DNA of 64,000 nt from a virus. The stretch spans positions 32,001-96,000 of the IMG/VR virus record IMGVR_UViG_3300042197_000820; one strand, given 5' to 3'. Below the pieces are notes generated by a model, which was not told where the DNA came from, made no database searches, and saw only the letters and a program-made list of their open reading frames with translations. The position numbers were made by a program, and so were the translations under genes. Numbering within the stretch: the stretch's first letter is position 1; every line of letters begins with the position of its first letter. Below are positions 26,821-34,812 of the stretch, in pieces.

Positions 26821-26842
26821 ACGAACTCCAACTTACGATCTT

Positions 26843-26871
26843 ATTATAACGCGCAGTAGTCAGACGGTCAA
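26843..26871 (-). promoter_or_regulatory. Sigma70-type promoter for the Mre11-Rad50 gene
   Basis: TTGACC - 17 nt - TATAAT in the 63-nt intergenic gap. Confidence 0.8.
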
Positions 26872-26883
26872 GTCAAAAAGATG

Positions 26884-27423
26884 TCACTTAGCGCGACGAG
26901 CCTTACTAGCTTCTATGGCACCGATCTGGGCTAAGGCTTTCTTTTTGCTTGGATGAGACCCAAGCTTTTTCTTTCCTTCCGAATCGTATACGTTCCACTC
27001 ATCGTCTTCGTGTTTTAGCATTTCGTCCAACTCGATTTCGATAGCCCCAGCGTGGCCACCGGCATCACGTTTAGCTAACTCAATACGGTCAGATAGATAA
27101 TGTTTGACTGTACTGAGATAGTCCGAAGCTTTTGCAATCTTAGACTGAATCCAAGCAGGGAGTTGGTCAGTATTCTTCAGCATATCGGTAAGGTCGCAAG
27201 CATACCTAGAAGCTTTGAGAAGTTCCAAACGAGCCATTTCTCCTTCATAATCTGGATCTCCAAGCATGTCGGGTGGAGGCAGTTCTTCACCGTGGTAGTT
27301 CACAAGCTCGACACTTTCCGGTTCTTGTGTGACTTCCATACCCATTTCATCCATGACTTCTTGCAAAGTAGGACCAAGCTCTTCTAACATTAGCTTTTTG
27401 AGCTTTTCATTTGATAACTTCAT
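26884..27423 (-). CDS. Putative internal head protein, modular
   Basis: MKLSNEKLKKLMLEEL leader, a DYEGEMA...LPAWIQSKI..ASDYL module and a short basic C-terminal module. AGGAG SD. Confidence 0.65.
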   Translation of the reverse strand: MKLSNEKLKKLMLEELGPTLQEVMDEMGMEVTQEPESVELVNYHGEELPPPDMLGDPDYEGEMARLELLKASRYACDLTDMLKNTDQLPAWIQSKIAKASDYLSTVKHYLSDRIELAKRDAGGHAGAIEIELDEMLKHEDDEWNVYDSEGKKKLGSHPSKKKALAQIGAIEASKARRAK

Positions 27424-27442
27424 GTTTTCTCCTATAGCTTAG

Positions 27443-28369
27443 TTAGAAACTAAACATTTTCGTAAGTAAATAGTTTGACTGATCGATAAGTGAGGCTTCT
27501 TTCTTTCTCTTTTGGAACTCTTGTTTTGTCATTTCACCAACATCGTTGTAGCCGTCAACATCAACCATGTACACAGGATTATCATAAGCTAGCAACATTT
27601 CGAGAATGTCCATTTCTTTCTTCTTAGCATCACCATCCAGCGCAAGATAAACCGTCGCATTACGCTTGATTATCTCTTGGAATAGACGAGAGTTCTCAGT
27701 CAGTGTAGATCCAAGAAGCGGAACTGCATTATCGGCCTTGATTGCGTCGAATACGCCCTCAACCAGAGTTATGGGTCGATCCCAATCTAAGTAAAGCTCG
27801 TTAAAGATAATGTTCTTTGATGCTTGCGGATTCTTATACTTTGGAAAAGCATTCGTAAATGTACGAGAAATAAAGTAGTTGACCCACCCATCGTTATTAA
27901 ACGAAGGTACGATAATACGGTCGTAATAGGGTCCAGAAGGGCACCATCCGATCTTCCACTTCAGTATGTCTTCTCTCGTCAGGCCGCGCTCATAGAGGTA
28001 TTTGAGAGGCTTTTCAGAGCCGTCTATAAGGGTTCTGTTGGCAAGAGATTCGAACTCTTCAGGCAGGTTGATCAATGTCTCCAGTTGAGGCTTCTTATCC
28101 TGAAAAAGCTCTTCGAACTTAGAAATGTCCACATCGTCTTCATGATAAGACCAGTGTTGCTTGGCGTCAAACGACCCAAACAACTTGACCAATCTACCGA
28201 TACTTTTGCCCGTTGTATTACAAATCCAGCATTTATAAACGTTCTTATCAAAGTTTACGCTTAGCTTATGCTTATGGTGCTTGCAAAATGGGCACTTATA
28301 CAGATACTCTTCGCTCGACCGTCGTGGGAGTCCGAGAACGTCTGTCAGGATTTGTTGTTTTGTTCGCAT
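27443..28369 (-). CDS. DNA primase (zinc finger plus TOPRIM; T4 gp61/DnaG-like)
   Basis: CPFC...CWIC zinc finger, YL.ERG, RIIVP, KYKNP, LVEGVFDAI, LALDGDA, DVGEM. Confidence 0.9.
   Translation of the reverse strand: MRTKQQILTDVLGLPRRSSEEYLYKCPFCKHHKHKLSVNFDKNVYKCWICNTTGKSIGRLVKLFGSFDAKQHWSYHEDDVDISKFEELFQDKKPQLETLINLPEEFESLANRTLIDGSEKPLKYLYERGLTREDILKWKIGWCPSGPYYDRIIVPSFNNDGWVNYFISRTFTNAFPKYKNPQASKNIIFNELYLDWDRPITLVEGVFDAIKADNAVPLLGSTLTENSRLFQEIIKRNATVYLALDGDAKKKEMDILEMLLAYDNPVYMVDVDGYNDVGEMTKQEFQKRKKEASLIDQSNYLLTKMFSF
27467..27474 (-). promoter_or_regulatory. ACTATTTA putative late promoter motif within the primase 3' end
   Basis: 43 nt before ATG 27423 of the following putative head protein. 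Confidence 0.5.
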
Positions 28370-28878
28370 AAGAAACCTGCTTTAGCAATGATGATTGAGT
28401 CCGCTTTGTCATACGACAGAGGAGCGATAGAACCCGTTCTCGTTAAAGATAACACGAACGATGGTTCATTGTCAATCAGATGCTTCAGCACGACTTCTTT
28501 AGCTTTGACGCCCTTTTCTATTTTGATGCCGCATATCTTTCTAGCTGATGTGGCAGCAATGTATTCAGGTTTGTGGCCGAAAACCTCAAAACAAATCCAA
28601 CTTACCGTACCGTTGAATGAGGATAGGGTTGACAAAGTTTTTGCAGATGAGAAGCCGGTGCTGAATGATTGCAGCGATTTCTCAATGTAAACCTTTTTGA
28701 TTTTGTATTTCTTTGATAACTCAATGATCTGCTTCTTTACATGTGATGCTTTATCAAAGATACAATCAAACTTCTTTTTGTTGCGAAAATCCCAAGCATC
28801 ATTGGTTATGATTTTACCAGAATCGTCTATGATTGTAAAGCCTGTGATGCTTGTCGAAATGTCTAATCCAAGGATCAG
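28345..28878 (-). CDS. RuvC-like Holliday junction resolvase with probable CTG start
   Basis: Frame is open from CTG 28878: (M)ILGLDISTSITGF...VYIEKS...DKADSIIIA, giving the RuvC acidic residues. The ORF track captured only the last 96 aa. Confidence 0.85.
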   Translation of the reverse strand: MILGLDISTSITGFTIIDDSGKIITNDAWDFRNKKKFDCIFDKASHVKKQIIELSKKYKIKKVYIEKSLQSFSTGFSSAKTLSTLSSFNGTVSWICFEVFGHKPEYIAATSARKICGIKIEKGVKAKEVVLKHLIDNEPSFVLSLTRTGSIAPLSYDKADSIIIAKAGFLCEQNNKS

Positions 28879-29444
28879 GGGACACCACGCACTGGATTCA
28901 CATCCACATAATCGACTTGTACCATTCCTAGGTCAGTGAAATGAGTTACCAACTCGGGATGATTATCAACAATCTTTGCAAGTGTATCAACGAAGCTTTG
29001 CTGTGCCGGTGTAAACCCCTCAGTTGGCTTACCATCCCTCATTTTAGCAAGTTTAACTTGCAAATCCATAGTAGCCTCTTCGGCATTTACTTTCGATTTC
29101 AAGTCTGGCTTGCTGTTAATATAATGTTGTAGTGCCCCTAATAAAACTTTCGGTGAAGCCGATTCAGATTTAGCAACTTGCGAAGTTGTTGGTGGGGCTG
29201 GTTCTGCTGCTTTAGCCGATCCGCCGCCCATTGCTAGACTTGCGGCTAAACCTGCTGTTGCTAACCCCCGACCTAGTTTCCCCAAGATACCTTCTTCTAG
29301 ATTCTCTTCATACGCATCTAACATATTTCTAAAAGATTTGTCTAGTTCAGCAAGTTCTTCAGGAGAAAGAGACATACCAGAAGCTTGTTCTGAAACTACA
29401 AACTTAGTCCAGTTTTCCATTATTAGTTTCATAGAAGCCATCAT
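28875..29444 (-). CDS. Putative internal head protein with cryptic signal-peptide-like segment
   Basis: MKLIMENW.KF leader, then LEE|GILGKLGRGLATAGLAASLAMGGGSAKA. Own promoter motif and GAGGG SD. Confidence 0.65.
   Translation of the reverse strand: MMASMKLIMENWTKFVVSEQASGMSLSPEELAELDKSFRNMLDAYEENLEEGILGKLGRGLATAGLAASLAMGGGSAKAAEPAPPTTSQVAKSESASPKVLLGALQHYINSKPDLKSKVNAEEATMDLQVKLAKMRDGKPTEGFTPAQQSFVDTLAKIVDNHPELVTHFTDLGMVQVDYVDVNPVRGVP
28962..28990 (-). promoter_or_regulatory. Possible internal sigma70-type promoter for resolvase-primase
   Basis: TTGATA - 17 nt - GATAAT inside the upstream CDS, about 85 nt before the resolvase start. Confidence 0.35.
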
Positions 29445-29456
29445 TTTCCCTCTCTA

Positions 29457-29464
29457 TAAATAGT
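29457..29464 (-). promoter_or_regulatory. ACTATTTA putative late promoter motif
   Basis: In the 23-nt intergenic gap, 12 nt before ATG 29444. Confidence 0.6.
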
Positions 29465-29467
29465 ATT

Positions 29468-30631
29468 TTATAGGTCTAACTTCAGTTTGAAAGTATAGTC
29501 TCTTTCTAATGTCTTTCTAACCGGTTTTGCTAGTTTTGCAATACCAATAATATTCTGGTCTTCATCATATAGGGCGATTTTGGAAATAAAAGTTTGTCTT
29601 TCAAAACTAGCAGTTTGTGTAATATATGAAGCAGAAACTGTATTTTTTATATCTAACTCATTTTCAATAAATCTAGTTTTTGAAACAGAAGCAGATCTGT
29701 TCATCCTTTGAGTATACTTTATGAATGTTGGGTTGTTGCTAAAATCTAGTTCTCCCTGTGGAGCAGCACAAAGCATTGTTATTGTTGGAACAAAGTTTGT
29801 TGCCTCAAAAGTAATATTATAGCTAGAAGAAAGTTCTGCATTTATGGTTGTTCCGTCATTTAGACCAGTTCCAAAATAAATCCATTTAGGCTGATCTGCA
29901 ACTCCCGGCGAATCAGGATAATCATAGGTTTGGCTAGTAATATCCCAAGCACCGGTAAGAATCATAAATCCTTCATCATATAGGACAACACCAGCAACAG
30001 AACCGGAACCAGCAGAACCTGAAGGGCCAACTTGCACCAGTTCTCCATTTCCTCTGACATCTTGTAGTTCTCCTATTAGAGTGCCTGTTATGTAATATTG
30101 AAGGCTTATAGTTTTCTTTCTAAGTTTCGAGCCATAGAAAATGTTTGGAACATTAATCAAGTTCAAAGCCATAGATGACTTATCGCCTAGACTTGAGCTA
30201 AAACTATAGAAAGGTGATTTTACCCTATAATAGTTTAAAGTATTTTTAAGAGCAGTTACTTTTGGACGGCTAGTATTAACAGCAAAAAACTCTCTACTAA
30301 GTGAGGAGGTTAGAGGATAAGTACCCGTGATAACTTGGCCTAATCCATATGCGGTGGCAAACTGCGTATCACTAGTCTCTCTAAAAGCTACAGCTTCACC
30401 GGTTTTTACGGTAAATGGGTATATTAAACCAGTAGTTGTATTTCTGTCTATATTTTCTTCAAACAAAGAAAGGGTTCCAATAGGTGCAGCCACGCTTCCC
30501 GTGAATGAACCTGATTGCAACCCTTTGTTGTTGTAATAAACTTTAGTGTTGTGAACGAAAAACTCTTGCTTTACTTGAGCTTCGATCTGATTTGTAAAAA
30601 TGTCAGTTTCTTTGAACTTATAAAGATACAC
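29468..30631 (-). CDS. Baseplate/tail structural protein (paralogue of 30648..31751)
   Basis: C-terminal FSNNPTF...ISKIALYDEDQNIIGIAKLAKPVRK....TFKLKLDL. TTG start with GGAGAGGG SD. Confidence 0.7.
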   Translation of the reverse strand: MYLYKFKETDIFTNQIEAQVKQEFFVHNTKVYYNNKGLQSGSFTGSVAAPIGTLSLFEENIDRNTTTGLIYPFTVKTGEAVAFRETSDTQFATAYGLGQVITGTYPLTSSLSREFFAVNTSRPKVTALKNTLNYYRVKSPFYSFSSSLGDKSSMALNLINVPNIFYGSKLRKKTISLQYYITGTLIGELQDVRGNGELVQVGPSGSAGSGSVAGVVLYDEGFMILTGAWDITSQTYDYPDSPGVADQPKWIYFGTGLNDGTTINAELSSSYNITFEATNFVPTITMLCAAPQGELDFSNNPTFIKYTQRMNRSASVSKTRFIENELDIKNTVSASYITQTASFERQTFISKIALYDEDQNIIGIAKLAKPVRKTLERDYTFKLKLDL

Positions 30632-30647
30632 AACACCCTCTCCCGTA

Positions 30648-31751
30648 TTAGTAGTCTAGTCGGACTCTTAGGGTGAGTTCGTTGCTTGGATCCTTGCGAA
30701 GTGGCTCAGAAAGCTTGGCAACTGCCAAGAGTTCACGATCAGCAGAGTACATACCGACCGAGGTGACGTATGCTACTGGCGGATCTGTCCTTCGTGTTTT
30801 AACACGGATCTGGCTGGAGCTTAGGTAAGTTGGATTTGCACTATAGTTAAACTCATTATGATTTACCCGGCAGAAGTAGACAGTAGAGTTCAACTCTGTA
30901 GTATTATTGAACGACATGTTGTAAATACGATTACGCAAGAATGCCGAACCAGAATCGATTGGCTGTGTTGTTGCGATTGTTGTAAAGTTAGCGCCAGAAC
31001 CAGACAGTGAACCAGCGGTCATGGAAGCTGACAAAATACCATTATTGGCTGTATTATAAAATAGTTCTAATGCATTAAGAACAACAATACCGGCTTGATA
31101 GTAAATCAAACCTACTGGTTGGGCTGAAGCACCGCCAGCCTGAATGCTGGTACCGTCAATCGGGGAGCCAGCAGAGTTAGTAGCATATAGAATACCATAT
31201 TCTCCAGCGGGAGAGTTAATACGGTAAGTTGTAGCAGCACCAGAATCGATTATTGATATTCTGTTAGTAAAATCTGAAGGGGCACTGAATGTACCAGTTA
31301 CCCCCAACTCCATAGAGAATGTGCCCTTCTTAATCTCATCTTTTGTTAAAAGACGCGAAAAACTTAAGAATAAGGCACCATTGATCTTGTCACCGGCTGT
31401 TAAGTTTCCGTCCTGATCAAACTGACGGACTGAACCTGTCTCATCGAAACCTACAAGAACTTGCGCCATCTGGTTGTAAATGGCTCCTTTCTTAGCTTGT
31501 TGATTTGTGACAGAAGAATAGGAACCCCAAGCAGGACTAGTTGCCAACGTGATATCGAAGATATGGTTAGCTGACGAAGAGAGATAAGGGTAATCATAGA
31601 CTGATGTGAACATCCCGTGTGAGTATGTCTTGATATTATTACCAGAATATGTACCAGATACGATAGAACCAGTAATCGGAATAGACTCATTCAAGAGTGT
31701 TCTTGTATTGGTTATATCATTAGATGAAAACGATTTATAAACGCTAGCCAT
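30648..31751 (-). CDS. Baseplate/tail structural protein (paralogue of 29468..30631)
   Basis: C-terminal FNYSANPTY...VTSVGMYSADRELLAVAKLSEPLRK....TLRVRLDY. Confidence 0.7.
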   Translation of the reverse strand: MASVYKSFSSNDITNTRTLLNESIPITGSIVSGTYSGNNIKTYSHGMFTSVYDYPYLSSSANHIFDITLATSPAWGSYSSVTNQQAKKGAIYNQMAQVLVGFDETGSVRQFDQDGNLTAGDKINGALFLSFSRLLTKDEIKKGTFSMELGVTGTFSAPSDFTNRISIIDSGAATTYRINSPAGEYGILYATNSAGSPIDGTSIQAGGASAQPVGLIYYQAGIVVLNALELFYNTANNGILSASMTAGSLSGSGANFTTIATTQPIDSGSAFLRNRIYNMSFNNTTELNSTVYFCRVNHNEFNYSANPTYLSSSQIRVKTRRTDPPVAYVTSVGMYSADRELLAVAKLSEPLRKDPSNELTLRVRLDY

Positions 31752-31766
31752 TTTGTTATTCCTTTA

Positions 31767-32672
31767 TCAGATCTTTATATATCTAACTGGTATTTCAATC
31801 TTATATCCAGTGGTGATACCTTCTACCTCTATAAAGGTATCGATATACTTAACGCTAACAGTGTTAACAGTACCTGTTCCGCCCAACTCTGTAAATAGAG
31901 CGTTAGAGCTTCGTAGATTTTCACTAGCGGCGATTTTAAAGGCCAAAGTGGTGCCTCTTGAACCAGCAATAACTTCCGTATTTGGAGAGTCACTTGTGAC
32001 GGTGTTTTGTCTAACAAATGCATTATTGGCAGTTAATGAGACAAAATATGTTGCGATTCCGTCGTCGTCTATTGAGCTAGCTCTTGCTAACCCTTGTCCA
32101 CCTTGAGCCGTTGGAGCATAGATGCTTCCAAGATCGTTATGCATTCTAATAGCATATTGAGTTTCTTTCAATGCTGGTGGGAGTTCAATGGTAGGAGGTT
32201 GAGCCGAGTTGTCGATACCTTGGTCTAGTCTAACAAACTTAGTTCCCTGTGAAGGGTTAAATCCATTAAGAATACCGGTTTGGTTTTGCAAGGATGCGTT
32301 TGTAGAAGTAGTATTATCTACAGTAACAATAAAAACATTACTTGTATGTCGTTCGTTCTGAACATCCAACTCGTTCAACTTTAACACAGGTAGATAGAAA
32401 AGGTCAAAACGATTAATAGACATAAGCTTAGATTTTAGGAAAGATGAGTTGTTCGTAAATGATTCAAGGATTGGAGTTTGTTTAATAGCCAAATCATAAT
32501 AAGCCGAACCGCTTGGATGATTAGCATTATACAGACTATAATCTATTTCGTCATCTCCAAGAGCAAAAGCTGTGATCTGAAAACTACCATCACCTCTTGC
32601 TAGTCTCATACGCCCTACATCGGTCAATACGGCGTCTAATATAATATCGCCTGAGTTATCTAAGAATGCCAT
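31767..32672 (-). CDS. Baseplate/tail structural protein
   Basis: N-terminal ILDAVLTDVGRMRLA.....ITAFALGDDEIDY resembles the start of tail-fibre baseplate-attachment domains. Confidence 0.65.
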   Translation of the reverse strand: MAFLDNSGDIILDAVLTDVGRMRLARGDGSFQITAFALGDDEIDYSLYNANHPSGSAYYDLAIKQTPILESFTNNSSFLKSKLMSINRFDLFYLPVLKLNELDVQNERHTSNVFIVTVDNTTSTNASLQNQTGILNGFNPSQGTKFVRLDQGIDNSAQPPTIELPPALKETQYAIRMHNDLGSIYAPTAQGGQGLARASSIDDDGIATYFVSLTANNAFVRQNTVTSDSPNTEVIAGSRGTTLAFKIAASENLRSSNALFTELGGTGTVNTVSVKYIDTFIEVEGITTGYKIEIPVRYIKI

Positions 32673-32690
32673 TTTATCTCCCCTGCATTA

Positions 32691-32698
32691 TAAGTAGT
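32691..32698 (-). promoter_or_regulatory. ACTACTTA putative late promoter motif
   Basis: Intergenic, 18 nt before ATG 32672, followed by GGGGAG SD. Confidence 0.6.
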
Positions 32699-32730
32699 GT
32701 TATCAATAAATAAAATCTTCTCTGCTCAGA

Positions 32731-34809
32731 TCAAACCACTCTAGTTGTTGGGCAGTTGTCTTTTGGATCCTCGATTGTAGAAGTCGGTGTGACGTTAATA
32801 TCTAACATTTTTCCAGTGTCAATCGAAGTAAATCTTACCTTGAATCTCTTACCCCATACTGGGTTTTCAATCGATTTTGTAAGCTTTAAGTTTCTGACGG
32901 CATCTCTAGCAGATTTAATACCCAACTCATCTATCAGTTCAGTAGCTGCTGAGTTGATATCTGTCTGGGTTGTTTGCAATGACAACAAGAACATCCTACG
33001 CATTTCAACTTTATCAGTGATTAACTTAGGTATGTCAAAGTCTACAACTCTAATAAATGGGAATATAGCACCACCGTCATTTATCATCTGTACTTGGAAA
33101 ATCTTTGAAGGATTTGAGATGTTTTTATTTATATCGACTGTTCTAAATATATAGTAATAAACTTTATTTGGAACTAAAGTATGTTCTTCCGATATTCCAT
33201 TTGAGTAGGTCTCTCTATCAATATCTCTTATAATAGAAGTATTTCTATTCGTGCTATATTTACCTTGATAGTTTTTAAAGGTAAATCTAGTCCCATTAGC
33301 AAAGTCACTATATGTTTTAGGATGAAAATCTATTCTAAATCCTTCATAGTAAAGGACTGTAGGATCTCCTTCAAAATCAAAAAGTGCATCTGGTTGGAGT
33401 CCTCTAGAGCTAGCTAAAAGTTGAATATACGAAGTATCCGTGGAAGTTATTGGTATGAACTTGGTAGTATATCTTCCTGCCATAGTGTTGAGATTAATCA
33501 AAATTTTATTATCAACGTCCTTAAAAGGTATAAACTGTACGTCTGGAGCCACTGGTAGCTCTGCGTTCACTTTACCAGAAGCAAAGAAATATGGCACCTC
33601 GTAAATCATCGGTCTCGCTACAGTATTAGCTAAGAAAGATATTTTACAAGTTTCTTCCTCTTTAGGAGGGCACTCACATCCTATCTTGATTTTGTCCTGT
33701 ACTGGTCCCGGAAAAGAATTTATTGGATATTTTGAGGGATCGCAAGCAGCATTTTTAGAATCTAGTTCCATAACACTGCTGAAAAGTACCGTGTTGCTCT
33801 CATAATCTATCTGGAATGGGTTACTAGTAACAGTAACGGCTCCAATCCTTTCTAGCGTTCTAGCAATGGAGTTGGCCATTCTGCGATACATAGAAGACAT
33901 CCTAACGAATGGACCACTTTTATTGAGAATGCTAAGTAGCATAACAAAATCTGCTCCATTTATTGAAGCAACCTCTGGGAAAAGAGGATCTGTAGTAGAA
34001 GGTAAAGTGGCCCTAAACTGATCAAAGAAATCGGTGATTAAGGCTGAAGCTTGTTGGGAGTTAGGATCAATAGTTGTATTTCCTTGATTATATAGAATAT
34101 TCAAGGATTCAACAAATGCATTTTGCAGTTGTTGCAGATCTGCCAAGGTCAAAGCGTTGAGAGATAAATCTATCCCTTGAGATGCTAAGATGTTTTCTAT
34201 TCTTTCTCTGATTAACTGATCCTTTGGATCCGGTAATCCATAACGTATGCTTTTGTCCAATGTAATAGAACTGACCACCTTACATGGGTCATTTGCATCG
34301 TCTGAGCAGCTACACAGCAACCGAACTGTTATACAACCATCTTTCACATAGTTAATCAGTTTTGTGAGAAGGGAACTTATTGCTATCTCATCAAAACCAG
34401 CATTTTGCATAGTGCCATCTAGACAGCTATTAAACATCTCAGTAAGAGTAGAGTTAGCTCCATCTGGACCTTGTACCGTCAGAAGATTCTTGAGTTCTGT
34501 CGGTATATCTAAAAATGGTGTAAGATTAGCTGTTGTTAGCTCTGGGATCAGTGGATTATCCAATATTGGTCTTCCATCTGGACCTAGCGTAACAGAACCA
34601 CTATCACCAGAAGTTTTACCAACACATCCATAAGGATTTATCATAAGCATTAGTTTTAAATCTTGTGTATTTGGAGCGCACACAAAACTATAGTCTAAAG
34701 CTGCGGACTTCAGGGCAAAATCATATGCCAAATCGTATGTTAATCCAGATTGTAATCCAGATGCATAATAAGTTGCCATTTTTGTTATAAATTCAATACC
34801 TGAAGCCAT
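32731..34809 (-). CDS. Hypothetical virion protein (692 aa), possible FnIII/Ig-like C-terminal part
   Basis: Long ORF in the tail module with LVPNKVYYYIFRTVD....SNPS motif and Cys clusters. Confidence 0.65.
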   Translation of the reverse strand: MASGIEFITKMATYYASGLQSGLTYDLAYDFALKSAALDYSFVCAPNTQDLKLMLMINPYGCVGKTSGDSGSVTLGPDGRPILDNPLIPELTTANLTPFLDIPTELKNLLTVQGPDGANSTLTEMFNSCLDGTMQNAGFDEIAISSLLTKLINYVKDGCITVRLLCSCSDDANDPCKVVSSITLDKSIRYGLPDPKDQLIRERIENILASQGIDLSLNALTLADLQQLQNAFVESLNILYNQGNTTIDPNSQQASALITDFFDQFRATLPSTTDPLFPEVASINGADFVMLLSILNKSGPFVRMSSMYRRMANSIARTLERIGAVTVTSNPFQIDYESNTVLFSSVMELDSKNAACDPSKYPINSFPGPVQDKIKIGCECPPKEEETCKISFLANTVARPMIYEVPYFFASGKVNAELPVAPDVQFIPFKDVDNKILINLNTMAGRYTTKFIPITSTDTSYIQLLASSRGLQPDALFDFEGDPTVLYYEGFRIDFHPKTYSDFANGTRFTFKNYQGKYSTNRNTSIIRDIDRETYSNGISEEHTLVPNKVYYYIFRTVDINKNISNPSKIFQVQMINDGGAIFPFIRVVDFDIPKLITDKVEMRRMFLLSLQTTQTDINSAATELIDELGIKSARDAVRNLKLTKSIENPVWGKRFKVRFTSIDTGKMLDINVTPTSTIEDPKDNCPTTRVV

Positions 34810-34812
34810 TTA

